A DNA stretch of 64,000 bases from Lama glama (lineage: Eukaryota), in the NCBI GenBank assembly GCA_028534125.1, contig CM052817.1, positions 57,972,001 to 58,036,000 of the forward strand. The letters run 5' to 3'. The stretch's first letter is position 1. The number at the start of each line of letters is the position of its first letter. Below, in pieces: positions 25,589 to 39,329 of this stretch. Below the pieces are notes generated by a model. The model saw only the letters and a program-made list of their open reading frames with translations. It was not told the DNA's origin and ran no database searches. Both the position numbers and the translations under genes were made by a program.

Positions 25589-26714
25589 GTCCTTTCCTAG
25601 TGAAAAATACATAATGAGTAAGATAAAAATGTCTGGGAGAAATGGAGAAAATAATAGTGTGGAGATACTCTAAACAAAAATTAGGATAAGTGAAGTGTGG
25701 AGGGGAATAATCGAGTTTCAACACTTAAGAATGAAAAATTTAATTGTGGCACCTTGGCAGTATCTGCCTGGTAATATAAGAGCTAGAAGCAACTGATGGA
25801 GATAAAATAGTAAGAAAGAAAATTATCCAAACAGAAAAGTTTCCTTACACAACAAGAATATTTCTCTACAACAGACAAAATGGCATAGTAGGATTTAAAT
25901 TATCTTTGTGCTCCCAGAAGTTTTGAAGCACACAATGTGGTACTTCCAATGAGACACAATTTTTGGTTCATTGGTTACAAACCAACAGATTCTTCTTACC
26001 TAAATATAAAAGCAGAAGATAAATGTCTGATTATGAAAACTAAGACTATTTTAACAACCTATTTGGAAAACGATTCCCAAAAGACACTGACTGTGAAAAC
26101 TGCTGAAAGATATTTCTTTGGTTTTGGTCATGGTAGGTTCACATCTGGCATTTGGTCTATCACTCATTAAATATTAATTAGCATTATTTATGCAATTGCA
26201 ATGCTCCTTTATCTTTTTAATGGGTAACCTGAAGAAAAGGGCTCTTCAAGGGAGGTTAGGTTCTTTCTCACTGATCTGCAGATTGCTTATCCAATTTAAA
26301 TAAATTCCTTTTTCTCACTTCCCTTTACCTTAAGCCTGAAACATCAACAGTGAGTTAAGTGCAAAGAAAAGATCTTTACTTCTCAGCATGCAATTTCTTT
26401 CCAAATAAAGGAAAGTTATCCAGTTAATTGTTATTGATATAAAGAAGAAATCACTACATTATTTAACATTTCCCGAGTCCATATTTTCAGCTTTTTTAAA
26501 CTTATAGAATAACTTTAAAAATAACATAATGCTAAAACTGAGGAGTTTTACTCACAGAAAGCTTTGCATATGTCTAGCAATAGCTGAAACATGCTACACA
26601 AATTTGGCTTCCTAATGTGCCAGGAGTTTAAAAGCCATTCAGCAACAGTGCAGGAATTTGGAAATATTTTGGGATAGTAACATGCCTCAGTGAAGTCATA
26701 TACTGTTTTCTCAA

Positions 26715-27270
26715 TAACCGTTTGAGATTCTGCTGTGTGCCAAGCATCGTGTACAGTGGTTTTCAGAAGTAAACGTAACCTCCTGCCCACTCAGCACAGC
26801 TCACCTTCTAGTGAGGAGATGAATGAAAAGTTAGCAGTTATAATACAGTGAAAAAAGTACTGCAGTATATCTACACACAGAAAGTAGAGAACCTAATTCA
26901 CCCTGAGGAGTGGGGTGTGAACAAGAAATACTTGTTTTCAGAGCCTAAAAGAAGAGTTACTCATGCACAGGTGCCACATGAAAAGGGATTAAGACCGGGT
27001 TAGGAAGAAGGAAGACACATTCAAAGCTGGAAGTTTTGAGGATCCTGGCACATTCTGAGAATGGCAAGTGTGTCTACATCACAGGGCAAAAAGATGTGTG
27101 TGTTTGTGTGTGAGTGTGTGTGTGCAAGGTAGCACCAGCAGCTCAGGATGAATATGCATCTAGTGAGAAATTAATGAAGGCTCTTGAATGCTCTGTGAAG
27201 AATTTTAACTTTATCCTGAGGTCCTTGGGGACCCAGTGAAAGATATTCCAGATATTCCAAGTATTTTACC
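26715..27270 (-). mobile_element. L2 fragments
   Basis: CTGTGTGCCAAGCA...GCTCACCTTCTAGTGAGGAGA...TATAATACAGTG...TTTAACTTTATCCTGAGG. Confidence 0.6.
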
Positions 27271-27425
27271 CAGGAAAGATAAAAGTAGCTAGGGCTTTAA
27301 GAGACTGATGGAGGTTAAACTGTCCCACACTCATGGCCCTGGGGCAGGATAGGGTTTTGAATTGCAAATTCTTCCCAGTGGCCTTGGTTCTGCCCAACAT
27401 GAAAGACCAGTTACACAGCCTACAC

Positions 27426-27570
27426 CAGAGGTTCTCACACAAAAATCACTTGAATATCTGCTTTAATTGGTCCAATTGCTCCAGGTATGGGTTGTTTTTG
27501 TTTTCGTTTTTTGGGGTTCTTTTTTTTAGCTCCTTAGGTGACTCTAATGGACAGTAGAGGATGGAGCTGC
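27426..27570. mobile_element. MER5-like hAT-Charlie fragment
   Basis: CAGAGGTTCTCA...AATCAC...TTTAATTGGTC...AGCTCCTTAGGTGACTCTAATG. Confidence 0.5.
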
Positions 27571-28577
27571 TAACTTTCCCTAAATCATAGAAGGTAATAA
27601 ATAAAAATAGAATGTTGTGAGGTTTATAAAGAATGGAAGAGAATTGAATTATAATGCTCAGCTATTTGACAGTTGCATATCCCCCCCCGTCCAGTCTAAT
27701 GCTTAGTTAAGTGTTAAGTAAGGGTTGTAATAAATGAACACATTTTCAAAGAAGGTTTCTAAGCTACAGTAGAACAATTAGATAAAGGCAGTGTTGAGGG
27801 CTATCATTCCCCCAGGATATTCTCCGAATACTGGTCTCTCAATATCCTCCTGATTTTTATGCATATCTGCCTTTGATATCTAGTAGAATAACTCCCATAG
27901 TATTCACAGAGGGACATTTATCCCCTGCTTCAAGGCTGATTTGCTAGGTCTTCCCAAAGTCACCTTCACATCCAGGAAAGAATAGGTTGTTCCCTTTGCT
28001 AGGTCCACCCAGCAGTGCTATTACTCTGATAAAGCATTAACCACTGCTGTCCTTGTTGAATTTGCTCCAGGAGGAAGAAGTCACCTTGAACCCCCTCTTC
28101 AGTGCCTAACAGCAAACATTTGTTGAGCATTGCATATGGAAAGGGGGAAAAGTTGCAGATTTTATCTTCCAAGATGCATAATGAGGGTGGGTGAGCAGAG
28201 AGTAAAGGGGATGAAAGCCATTTCTGAGACCTGTTTTCCTTGACTGAGAGAATAGACAGAAAGAGAGTTGGAAGAAAAAGAGCTATGATTGGCATGTGAT
28301 ATTGACAGGAAGGGAAACCGTTGCGCATTTCTATCTGTGGCGGATTTGTGCTGTTGCTGGATTGAGTGGGAAAGGAGGGAAGAGACCCTGCATTCTCAGT
28401 TTTCATTTGCATCAAGCTGTGTGGAGTATGGGAATGAACTCATCTACAAAACAGAAGTCCTCAGGGAAATTCTCAAAGCTATTTGTGGTCTAAACAATCA
28501 ACAATTACTTGGTGCAACACAGAATAGTCCAACTAGTATCAACCATTTTGTGACTTGCACAGAGTAAGAAGTTTATC

Positions 28578-28606
28578 TTCCTTTCTTTTCTTTTCTTTCT
28601 TTTTGT

Positions 28607-28637
<31 letters not shown>

Positions 28638-28643
28638 GTTTTT
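28578..28643. repeat. compound (TTTTC)n/(TTTTTG)n/(TTTTG)n microsatellite
   Basis: Directly visible tandem units. Confidence 0.9.
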
Positions 28644-29755
28644 GATTTGAGACGTTGGAGAACACAGACAGGCAAGGAGAAACCCCCAAATCTTGTGCCA
28701 CTTTAGATAGAAAAACAAAAACAAAACCAAAAGCAAAACCTCTCTACCTGCCTGAAAATGTATCTTCAGACTCAGTCTCTAATCACACCTGTGATAATGG
28801 GACCCATTATGTCACTTCCACACCTACTGGTGTGAATAATTTGGGTAGACTTGATTTGGGCATTCTGTCTCTGATTTTCTTTGTAATTTATTTCTGAAAC
28901 TACAAATATCAAATCAAGCCTATTCTTTACTTTTTCTGTATGTCGTGGTTGTTTTGAGAAAGTAGTGAGAACACTCTGTCCTCTTTTAGATAGCATTATC
29001 TCTACCATTTGAAGGTTTCTTTTATTTTGGAGATAATACAAAATCTGTACCCTAGGCTGTTTGTAATGTGCTAGAGATTAATACGCTTCAGGGTTATTTC
29101 AATATTGGCTACAAATAAAAGACATGGATTAGATATTTGAGATTCAGAATATCCAAACATAACACGTAGGATATAACCAAACCTGTCTTCGGGTTTTATT
29201 TTCTGCTATAGAAAATCACTATAAAAGACTTTCTTATTAAGGATTAAGTAAAACTGAGTAAAGGGCCAGCTTCTTGTTTGGCTCCTCTTTCCTGCTGATC
29301 TGATTTTAAAATGAAGTTCAGATGTCAAACCCACTGTTGAGATAAAGCAGGAAGTGCGATTTGATCCTGCCACCGGTACACTGTGCAACCACGGAGCAGG
29401 GCTTTAACCTTTTTCAAATTTGCATTCACTGTGTCAAAAAGGACCCATTATGAGGTTAATAAGGTTGTGTCTGCAGAGTATTTTAAGCTCTTTTATTTTC
29501 AGAATGATAAGCAAATGTGAGGTTCTGTTATCATTATCATTATCATTGGCTTCAAAGGGAATTTGGCTTTCACAGCTCAGTGGGGTGAAAAAAGATAAGA
29601 ACTTGGCTACTGGTGTTCAAATAAACGTCAGGGTTAAAAATTCAAGGAGAAGGTGAAGGGATGGAGGGAGGAAAACCTCATTTCATTGATACATCAGTGA
29701 TGAGAACCAGCTCAGCAAGACTGAATCCTAAATTAACTACCAGGCAAAACATATA

Positions 29756-29844
29756 TCTCTCCTCTCCTCTCCTCTCCTCTCCTCTCCACTCCTCTCCTCT
29801 CCTCTCCTCTCCTCTGTCTCTCTGTCCATCTGCCTCTCTCTCTC

Positions 29845-29880
<36 letters not shown>
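29756..29880. repeat. (CCTCT)n followed by (AC)16
   Basis: Directly visible. The (AC)n run is at 29849-29880. Confidence 0.95.
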
Positions 29881-29882
<2 letters not shown>

Positions 29883-30223
29883 GGTCAATTGTTTAAATTC
29901 ATTCCTCTGTTTTTCAGTTTAATCTATTACTTATGCTTCTATGTTAAATTCAAAAGATAAGTAAAATTAGAAGTACTCCTGACAGCTTTTCTTAATGCAA
30001 GCGTTAATGGAACTTCCCTACATGTTTAATGTTGCCTGTGTTAATGAAAAATATAGCAGACCACTTCTATTAGATTAGCCCCAAACACAACAGTGTGGTC
30101 CTAAGAAGTAATCTGTAATCTGTAATCTCCCAGTCTGAAAAAAACGGATGATAATTTTGAGAGGAAAATCTTAACCTTCTGTGGTTGCTGGTTCTCCAAT
30201 GGCAGTAAAATCAAAAGTGACAT

Positions 30224-30308
30224 GTCTATTCTTTTTCATTGTTTAACATTTTATCAATTACTTTTTTATTCTTTTTTAATTGAAGTATAGTTGGTTTACA
30301 GTGTTGTG
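30224..30308 (-). mobile_element. very short L1 3' end insertion
   Basis: Degenerate T-tract plus TTGAAGTATAGTTGGTTTACAGTGTTGTG. TSD AAAAGTGACAT at 30213-30223 and 30309-30319. Confidence 0.7.
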
Positions 30309-32650
30309 AAAAGTGACATACTTTAACACGACTTAAATATTTGCATTTTTTTAGCTCAACTGAGAGCAAAAAGAAAAATCTGCCTCCTGTATCTAATAGT
30401 ACTCATTGAAATGTAAATCACGGTCAGTGATACACGTAGGAATAAATGGATAAACAGCAGAAAAAATAAAAATGTATTACCTCTGTGCAGCCATTTGTCT
30501 TTGGAGAGCGTGAGTAAAGCTTAAGTCAGATACAATTAAATGGACTGAAGCTTTAACAGTGACTTTTGAACTGCTTGAATTAACAAAATCAATCCTCATA
30601 AATTAAGCTATCAGTGATCTATGATACAATTAAGTTCCATAATCAAAAAATGCTACAGTGCATGCAGTGTCACTTGTGTTATTTCTAACACTGAATTTTA
30701 ACCACTGCTGGCTCACTCTTCCTGCAGGGTTGTGTAAAACTCCATCTGGCACACTAGACACTAACACTATGACACACAGTTTCTTTTCCGTTCTTCAATT
30801 TAGGCTGACATCTGGTGGTCTAGGGAAACGACGAGTAATCCTTCTGAATGTAAACCAGTTCACAAATGTGGCGTTTTTCAGTTTTCCCTTTGTCTTTCTG
30901 AAGTGCTTGAAATTGCGACCGAACCAGTGAATTACATGGAAATTCACATAGGATAACTATTTAAATGGCAGAACAAGAAGATTGAATAAAATGACCTTCA
31001 TGTGATGAATTATATACATGTAAGTACATCGAACTCTGGAGTGAGTAAAAAGCATCAATAGAAAGTACCATATACTGGCCAATTAGACCCACTCAGACAG
31101 GGTACTATTTAATGGCACCACACTGGGGAGCATAATGGGAACGTGGTACATGTAAGATTCCCGTCTTTCTTTCTCCTTGTCAGAATAGTTGGAGGGAGGG
31201 GAAATGAGTGGGGGGGGGGATGAGCTACTGCAGATAGCCAGAAATTGATGTTTGAGCAGGCATAAGGTAGTGTTCAAAAGCTTTTGTCTTATTTTTTCTT
31301 TGAGGGGAAAGGGGCACTTCCAACAGTTGGTGGCCATCCAGATGGCAAAACACAGCGGACCAGAACCAGCAGCAAGTCAAGTTTCCCTATGCCTGGGATT
31401 TTAAACAAACAAACAAAAAAAGCCTCCAATTAATCTACTGTGGTATATTCTAATAATTACCAATCATGGAGGAATAGAATGATACACTGTCAGCCCCATG
31501 ACTTTCATGCCATTTAAGAAAAAGGAAAAAAAAGCACCCTTGATTTTTCTCACATTCAACACTTAGCCCTATGATTTGTAGTGTTTTGACCATGAAGAGA
31601 CTTAATAAATGGGCATATTTGTGTTCAGATTGTAATTGCTTTCTGTGAGTCTCTTACAGTGACTGTAAACAGCACAGAATATAAACATAATGCTGGACTG
31701 ACTTTGTTCTCTTTCTGTATTTTTAAAAGTTTCTAAATTGACAGAATTTCAGGCAGAGCTCCCTGTTATGAAAAATAACCACACAATAAAACAAAACAAC
31801 AACAAAAACAAAAAAACAAAAAAAGATTTTAATCTTGTCCAAGAAAGACCATTGTGAATGTTTGGTTTGCTCTGTTTCCACTTAACCTTGTGACTCTGAA
31901 AAGGTTATTGGAAGGAGGGCCAATTATGTTGGAGCTTTTGAAATACGGCCAGTTCCTCCAGGAGGTACCGCCAGCTGCCAATACCCAGTCTCATAAAGGT
32001 CACTGAGAAGTTCAAATGAAATTGCTTTTAGTTACTATGAAACTCACCTGAGTTGAAATAAGTACGTGAAAGATAAAGTGTTTCCATCTACTCTTACTGG
32101 TCCTTTCTTCCCTTTAAGAGTGAAGTTTTAGTTTCAGTTAGTAGCTGTAAGATCACTTGAGAAAGAAGAATTTTCTTTTCTTTTAATCAGCTTAAAACTG
32201 CTCTATGAACTTTTTTAAAAAGGAGAAGAATGAATACATGTCTGTAAATAAAGTTCTACAGCGAACTATCAACTGGGAAGGCAGTGTTGTTTAGTAGACT
32301 TCATGTGACTGTTACATTCATGATGGGTTTTGGTGAAGCAAACTTGGACTGTGACTTTAGGAGCACTCAAAGTGTCTCTGTATCTCTCACAAATATCTTA
32401 CATTGATTCCTAAAGAAAGAAATCTCTAAACTAGACATTGATTCTTTTGGCTTTGGATTTTATGGCCTCTTGAAGGTAAATAATTTTCCAAAAAATCACT
32501 TTTAGAATTTTAAGTTTCATTTCTGTCAGTCAATTTCCTTTAGGAAAAAAAAAATTCACAAATGTAACTTCCATTTCTTCTAGCTACTCCAGTCTAGATA
32601 GAAGTATGGTGTCACAGTCAGAATAAGTAAAACTGTTTCTTTAAAACATA

Positions 32651-33142
32651 TGTTGATAAAAATAATCAACAGTCTACAATAGGAATAGATAAGAGTTTCA
32701 TCTGAGGCAAACTGAGGAAGCCAGCTTCCCAGATTACTGTGAGAAACTGCTCCAGAGAAGCATGGTTCAGCACAGTTTTATATCTTGTCAGGATAAAGAA
32801 CAGTAAACAAATCAGGGATACATTTCTTCAAAGTTAAAAAACAAAAACAAAACAACAACAAAAAACAGACCAGCACGTACACAATGAGTCAATACGGCCT
32901 TGGCACCTGGGAAGGGGGTCTTACCATCTTCAGAGGAGTAGTAGCATTGGCATCCCAGGAAGAGGGGCATTTAACCTTTATTTTTAACATGGACACTTTT
33001 CAATTCTGGTCAGAGGGCCCTTTTCTTTAATAATTAAAGCAGAGGTACAACGCCTGTTTGAAAGGTCACAGATGGTTTTAAGTTAGCCTAAAACTCAAGT
33101 TAACTCATGTATAAGCCAGAAAGACTTCCCCATACCTCAACC
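32651..33142 (-). mobile_element. solo ERV1-like LTR
   Basis: TGTTGA...TCAAC inverted termini. GAGAAACTGCTCCAGAGAAGCATGG..CAGCACAGTTTTATATCTTGTCAG resembles a cetartiodactyl ERV1 LTR. Confidence 0.7.
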
Positions 33143-33649
33143 TGTGAAAATTTCTTTTCTTACATAATATAGTATCTTTATCTTCTTCGAAGACTTTTTT
33201 TGCACACAAGGCAGAGTCTCAAGAAGTCGCTCACGTGTGCCCTTCGATACGTCATCTATTCTGAGACCTCCATCACTGAGTAACTCATGTGAAACGTCTT
33301 CATCATCTGTCAGCACCACTCCTCACTGCCACCTCCCTCACCTCTGTCACCACTGCTTGTTGCTGAGGCTGCCTAGGCTGGTGCCAACAAGCACCACAAA
33401 TGCCAGCACTAAAATCTCATAATGAGAACACTTCTGCTGTTGCCCACTGAAGCTGGTGCGGCTTTGGTATCGGAGCACAACGGCAAATCCTCTTCTCATT
33501 TCAAATTTAGGTTTATTTTCCTTCTTGCTCCTTTATCAAGGAAAGTATTGCTCAACTAATATGTTTTGATGTTAAGCTATTTACTTAGAATGGAAATATA
33601 GTTACCATGTAAGTTTGTAATACCGACCAAAGCTTTTAAAAATACAGAA

Positions 33650-33983
33650 AAAAGAAGACACTAATGAACTTATCTACAAGACAGAAACAGACTCACAGAT
33701 ATAGTAAACAAACTTATTTTACTGGGGGGAAAGGGGGTGGGAAGGGTTAAATTGGGAGTTCGAGATTTGCAAATACTAACAACTATATATAAAAGAGACA
33801 ATAAACAAATTTCTTCTATATAGCACAGGAAACTATATTCAATATCTTGTAGTTACCAATAATGAAAAAGAATATGAAAATGAATATGTATGGCTGAAAC
33901 ATTATGCTGTACACCAGAAACTGACACATTATAATTGACTATATACTTCGATAAATAAATAAATATATAAACAAATAAATAAA
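33650..33983 (+). mobile_element. L1 3' UTR, 5'-truncated, lineage-specific
   Basis: ACTAATGAACTTATCTACAAGACAGAAACAGACTCACAGA...TATAGCACAGGAAACTATATTCAATATCTTGTA...(AAAT)n tail. TSD TAAAAATACAGAA at 33637-33649 and 33984-33996, at a TTTT/AAAA endonuclease site. Confidence 0.92.
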
Positions 33984-35569
33984 TAAAAATACAGAACACT
34001 TTCAGAAGGAAGCAGGGTTCTATAAAGGTTGAGGACAAGAACCAAGAATATATCTTTCCCTACTTAGTGCAGTAGAGCTAGATGAATTTTAGATGAAACA
34101 GATTCCTTAATTGGTGCTATTTCTGTTAAGTGATGCTCTGGCAATCTAACTTTAGAATATATATATTAGAACTATACAGACCCACTTTAGAAACTTACAA
34201 ACAAATGCTAGCATGATAAAATACATGGTAGGCAAAATTTAAAGACCAAAGATTACACTGTTATGTTTATGTATATGAATTATTTTAGAGTCTCTCTTAT
34301 TTTTCTCAAATTGTATATGAAGCATGATTTACAGATATGGCCAGGAGGGAAAGGGAGAAAGGGGATCACTGAATCTAGCACATGCTTTATTTTTTGTATT
34401 GTCCTTCAAATTCTCATTAGATTGTGGGGAGGGGTGGATAAATATAACAATTTTTTCAATAGAACTGTTATTGAAATGGCTTCATTGCTTCTCTGCTATA
34501 AGATATGGAAGTCCTGCTACCAGGTATATCACTTTGCTGAAGATAAAATCATAATCAAAAAAGAAAACTAGTAATGTGGAATATGTTTTTAAAAAGTAGA
34601 TTTATTGTGCATTTCAAGTAAAATACAGAGAATATGTTTAAATGTTAAAAAGCATCTATAATATATACATTAACTAATATTTGAATGCCATTATTTTAAA
34701 ATAACAATCATCATTTCATTTTTTCAATGAAACTTGACCATTTAACAAATGAAATTCAGTCTACTATTAGTTCAGAGGTATTAGGGTCTCATTCCAGAAA
34801 CTTAGAGCTCTCTCTGTAACTCCAGCAGCTGGACCTATTGTACACTTCCAGGTTTAAGATATAGGGACCCTGGTTTTGGATCAGGGCTCCTGTGCCAGTG
34901 TGCCTGGATGTATACACACAAGGTGGCTCATCTTAGCAAGCAGGTTCCATTTCCAGATGGTTAGCTCGAGCAGACAGTGAGATTACTCTTGTCAGGCAGC
35001 CGAGAATTCCTGGGATGGTCCAATGTCTGTGTCCCAGAAAGCAATAGCTGGATGAAGGCAGCTGTCTTGTCTGCTAAAATTTCCTTGATACAAAGGGAGC
35101 CAAGTAGCTTTTCTTAGTTAAAGGCTGGGGTTTTGTTAGTATTGTTGTTTTATTTATTTTTTACCTGCATAGTCACAGCAAGGATTGAAATGGTTGACAT
35201 GTGTTTACCTCCTTTGAGATCCAGTGCTTTTCCTGCCCAGCTATCTGTTGACCAGAAGCCATTATGTATGAGGCTGTAGAAGCCAAGTAGCAGTTTCCTC
35301 GATTCATTCCTGAAAACATTCCCTTCTCTCTTCTTTCATTCTTAGATGTCCACATGGCCTCATCATGGGAGCCAGAACCCAGAAAATGAGTTGGCCAAGG
35401 GCAAGTTGAGGTTGCCTAAATGTAGTGGTTGAATAGCTGTGATTAAGCCTGCATTAAACATTGGTGGCACAGTTTGAAAGACATTTCTTGCCCTTCTCAC
35501 ACATGCAACCTGGAATTTCCATCATTAGAATCGTGTTGGGTTGACAGTGTTAACATTGCAAAATCAAGT

Positions 35570-35990
35570 TGCACACCAATCACTATGCTAGACACCAGAG
35601 ATAAAAGATGACTGAGGGATTGTCTAACCAGTACTATATAATGAGATAATGTTCAGTAAAAACACACAAAGTACTGAGAAATGAGAAAAGAGGAATCTGC
35701 TTAGGCAAGAGAAGGGAGTCAATGAAACTAAGATGAGGAATAAGTGCATTAAGCAGGTAGAGAGAGCAGCATGATATTTCAGGAAAAAAAAAAAGAATGA
35801 AAAAGCACAACCTATAAAAGTAATGGAGACGAGAATGTGTGATCATATTTCCAGCAACATGGAAGGTGAATTGAATGCTGAGAGATGAGAAGGCAGTTAG
35901 GACATAGATGCAAAGACCTCACTGAGATGGAGAAGTACTGATGAGAATGGAGAAGGACCAGGAGTATGAGCCATTTAGGAAAGAATATGT
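35570..35990 (-). mobile_element. degraded L2 fragments
   Basis: CACTATGCTAGACACCAGAGATAAAAGATGA followed by purine-rich antisense-L2-like text. Confidence 0.5.
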
Positions 35991-37529
35991 ACATGTTTAG
36001 GGGTGGGGGCCTCCTTTAGAAGACCATCCATGAACATAGTATAAGGGACATAAGCATTGGATCACTTACGTATAAAACTGCAGAAACTGAAGGACTATAG
36101 CACCTGGACAGGTAAGTTCAAGAGGAAAGATAGAATCTAAGACTTGATCAAGGAAGAGAAGGGACACTTGACTGTAGGAATGAGTAGTAAAGGCATCAAA
36201 TACACAACAGTGTGAAAGAAATCCAATTGGTGTGAAGAGTATCTGCTTCCCAATGCTGACTTGCGTTGCTATGCAAATAATTTCTCAGATAATAGCAGTT
36301 AGCATTTCTATTTTTAAATTTCTAATTATTAACTATATTAGCTCATGATTCACCACATTGTGGCCCTTTTGTAGTAATTTGAGAAAACGAAAATAATTCT
36401 TTTTTTTTTTTTCTAAAATAGAGCATCCAGTGCTGGGAGTTTATAATGATACTATCAATATCCTTTAAGAATTTTCCATAAGAATTTAACCAATGAATAA
36501 TTTTAAGTATTATTTTCTACCAAAATTACACAGATAAATTATTGATGAGAACACAAAATGCACATGAAACACTGGACTTAGAATTAACTTGATGTGAGAG
36601 GTCTATTCTCAAGGTTACATGTTTATTCCTCTCTGCCACAGGGAATAATTCAGTGAGACATTTCAAATAATTTCCATTAAGATATTTCCCAAATAATGTT
36701 ACTTTAATTTTCTAGCTGAAAATGAAAACATTTAAATATATTCACAGCTAATCAAATTAAAAGAGTGAAACTGGTACATAATGTGCTATTTTGTCTTATT
36801 CCAGTACCTCTAATGGGACTAAGTAAAGAATGTCTCATTATTTTTCTCCCCATCAAATGCATTCATGGTGGCATCGATAGGCAGAGAGAAAAATGACTTC
36901 TGGATTAAGATTGAAATTGGTCGGGACATTGTGGTAAAAGCTTTCTCTTTTTAATGCAGTGAGGTTATCTCAGTCCACAACATCGCACTATTGGAAGTTT
37001 GGTTTAGCTTTAAAAAAGGCTATATATTTTTTACTATGATACTTGATTTCCATTTCAGCAATGCTATCACACTGCAGCATAGTAACAGTTACTGACAGTA
37101 TTTGCACATAATGAAATAAAAAGCTTCTTTTCATCCCTCAAAACCATGCTTCCAGTTCAGGAGTTCTTTAATTCTTGTCTTATGTACTACCACAACCACC
37201 TGTTTGTCCCTTTGCCTTTAATCTATCCTGACTTGAATCCATCATTCTGTCTGATTAATCATCCTTTAGTTCCATTCTTCTGCTTCTCCCCTTCTCAAAA
37301 AGCTGCAATAACTCTTAATTCTCCATTTCTAAAAGAATATTTTAAATTCTTTAGATCAATTATTTGCAGCATTTTGGGTACCTACTCCAAGCAATCTGTT
37401 AATCTGCTGAAAGTTACGGACCTTTTCCCAATAACACTGCAATTACATTTACATTTACATCAAAGTTCTATAAAATGTCCAGCTAATTCACAGAGGCTCT
37501 GAAATACCTAGAAATAAGAACCCCTGTCT

Positions 37530-38095
37530 TTCATTTATTTCATAAATATCAGTGGGCTTTTATTATATGTCAGCCCATTTTATTTCGGTACTGAGGATAA
37601 AGTAGTAAACAAAACAGATAAAATCCCTACCCTTATTTGGCTGTATTCTAGTGTGGGGAGGTAGACAATAAAGAAGATAAATAAGTAAAATACATAGGAT
37701 GCGATACAGAGATGAGTGTTAAGAAGAAAACAGAAATCAGAGAGGTGGGAGAAATCAGAGACATGCTGAAAGGTAGTTGAGAAATTAAATAGGTCAACCA
37801 GGGAAGGCGTTGTTGTGAAAGTGGCTATTAAGCAAAAACCTGAAGGAAGTGAGTGAATTAGCCATATGACTATTTGGGAAAACTATCTAAGCATTGGGAT
37901 TAGAAAGTGTAAAGGCCCTGAGGCAAGCATATTTGTAAAGTTTGGAGAACAAAAAGAGGACCATCAGAGCTGTAGTGGAGAGAATGAGAAGGTGTATAGT
38001 TAGAAACAAAGTCAGAAAGTAACATGTAACAGTATATGTTGGGCCTTATAAGTCATAGTAAGTGCTCTAAGTACTTTATGTTTATGCTGAGTGAG
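37530..38095 (-). mobile_element. L2a-like 3' region
   Basis: TTCATTTATTTCATAAATA...GTAAACAAAACAGATAAAATCCCTACCCT...TGTAAAGGCCCTGAGGCA...GGGCCTTATAAGTCATAGTAAG. Confidence 0.8.
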
Positions 38096-38227
38096 ATGTC
38101 AGCCTTCAAGATATGTTCTAATTTCTCCACAGCTGATTTTAGCCAACTTTTTGTCTCAACTGTGGCTGCTCTCCAAACTGTATAACAAAATTTTATTTAA
38201 TCTTCACGATGTGCAATGTAACCACTT

Positions 38228-38322
38228 GCATATATATACACATACCCCCACATATATATATACATGTATACACATATGCATACATACATGCATTTTAAAG
38301 TGAGTATGTGGATGTGTATGCA
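38228..38322. repeat. degenerate (TACA)n/(TA)n repeat
   Basis: CATATATACACATAC...TATACATGTATACACATATGCATACATACATG. Confidence 0.65.
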
Positions 38323-38660
38323 AAAATATTTTTCCTGACACTCATAATTAGTAATTAGCTCATGCAAATTAAAACTTTAAAATTAACACAGAACCAAAAT
38401 GATACTTAATCTTTACAGCTTATAGATCACACACAAGTTTAAGCAAACAATATTTGTCACACTGTTACCAAGGCAGAAAAAGGATAGCTCATTGTATTAA
38501 CTGCTGAAGAAAAGTTGTTTCTTGTTCAAAACTTTAAGCTTTAGCAATTAATCCAACCACATAGCGTTTTAAGGCCATTAAGAAAAGATTCAGACTTCTT
38601 GGAGTATTTAGTGATCATCTACTATGTTCCAGCCACCTTACTAGGGACTGGAGATACAAT

Positions 38661-39125
38661 ATGTCAATTAAATGATTTTGGTGCACAATGAACCATTCAA
38701 AAACTTAGTGGCCTGAAACAACACACTTTTATTCTTTCTCATGAGCCATGGGATCCACTAGTCAGTTCTTCTAGTCTGAATCCACTTGTGTGACCTCTGA
38801 GGTCACATGTCTTGGTTGGGCTGTTTGGTCTAGGATGACCTTGTGAAAATGGCCCCTGGCAGTGCGCTTGAGCTTGGGGGCTTCAGCTGACATAACGCAT
38901 CTCAGTTCTATATGGTCACTCCTCCTCCAGGCGGCCAGCATGGACTTCTTGACAGGGGACAGTCACAGCAATTGCAGGAGCAGCAAAGAGGGAAATCCCA
39001 TGTGCTTTGCAAGCCTCTGCTTATTCATGTTTGTTATTGCATCTGCAAAAGCAAGTCATGTGGCCAAGTCTGCAGTCAGTGTGGGAGGTGACAATTGGAG
39101 GCCATTACTGCAATAGTCTACCATA
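38661..39125 (-). mobile_element. MaLR solo LTR (MLT1F-H-like)
   Basis: CAAAACTTAGTGGCCTGAAACAACA...AAAGCAAGTCATGTGGCCAAG...GCAATAGTCTACCATA. Confidence 0.8.
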
Positions 39126-39329
39126 AACAGTGGGCATTGTTGAAGGTGACAATTACAGTAAACACTTTCTCTGACAGAAGTAGCAACACGACATTTAATA
39201 TTGCAATATTCGCAAGCGACATTTTGAAGAAAAGCCAAAATGCAAATCAAACCTTATAAAACAGCTTTTTTTACCCTAGAGAAAGTTATTCCTCAGAGAA
39301 AGATGCTACTAAGAATAACTTCTAATTGT

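Noticed and set aside
31191..31219. G-quadruplex
   Set aside because: Relies on splitting one G10 run and has no supporting regulatory context.
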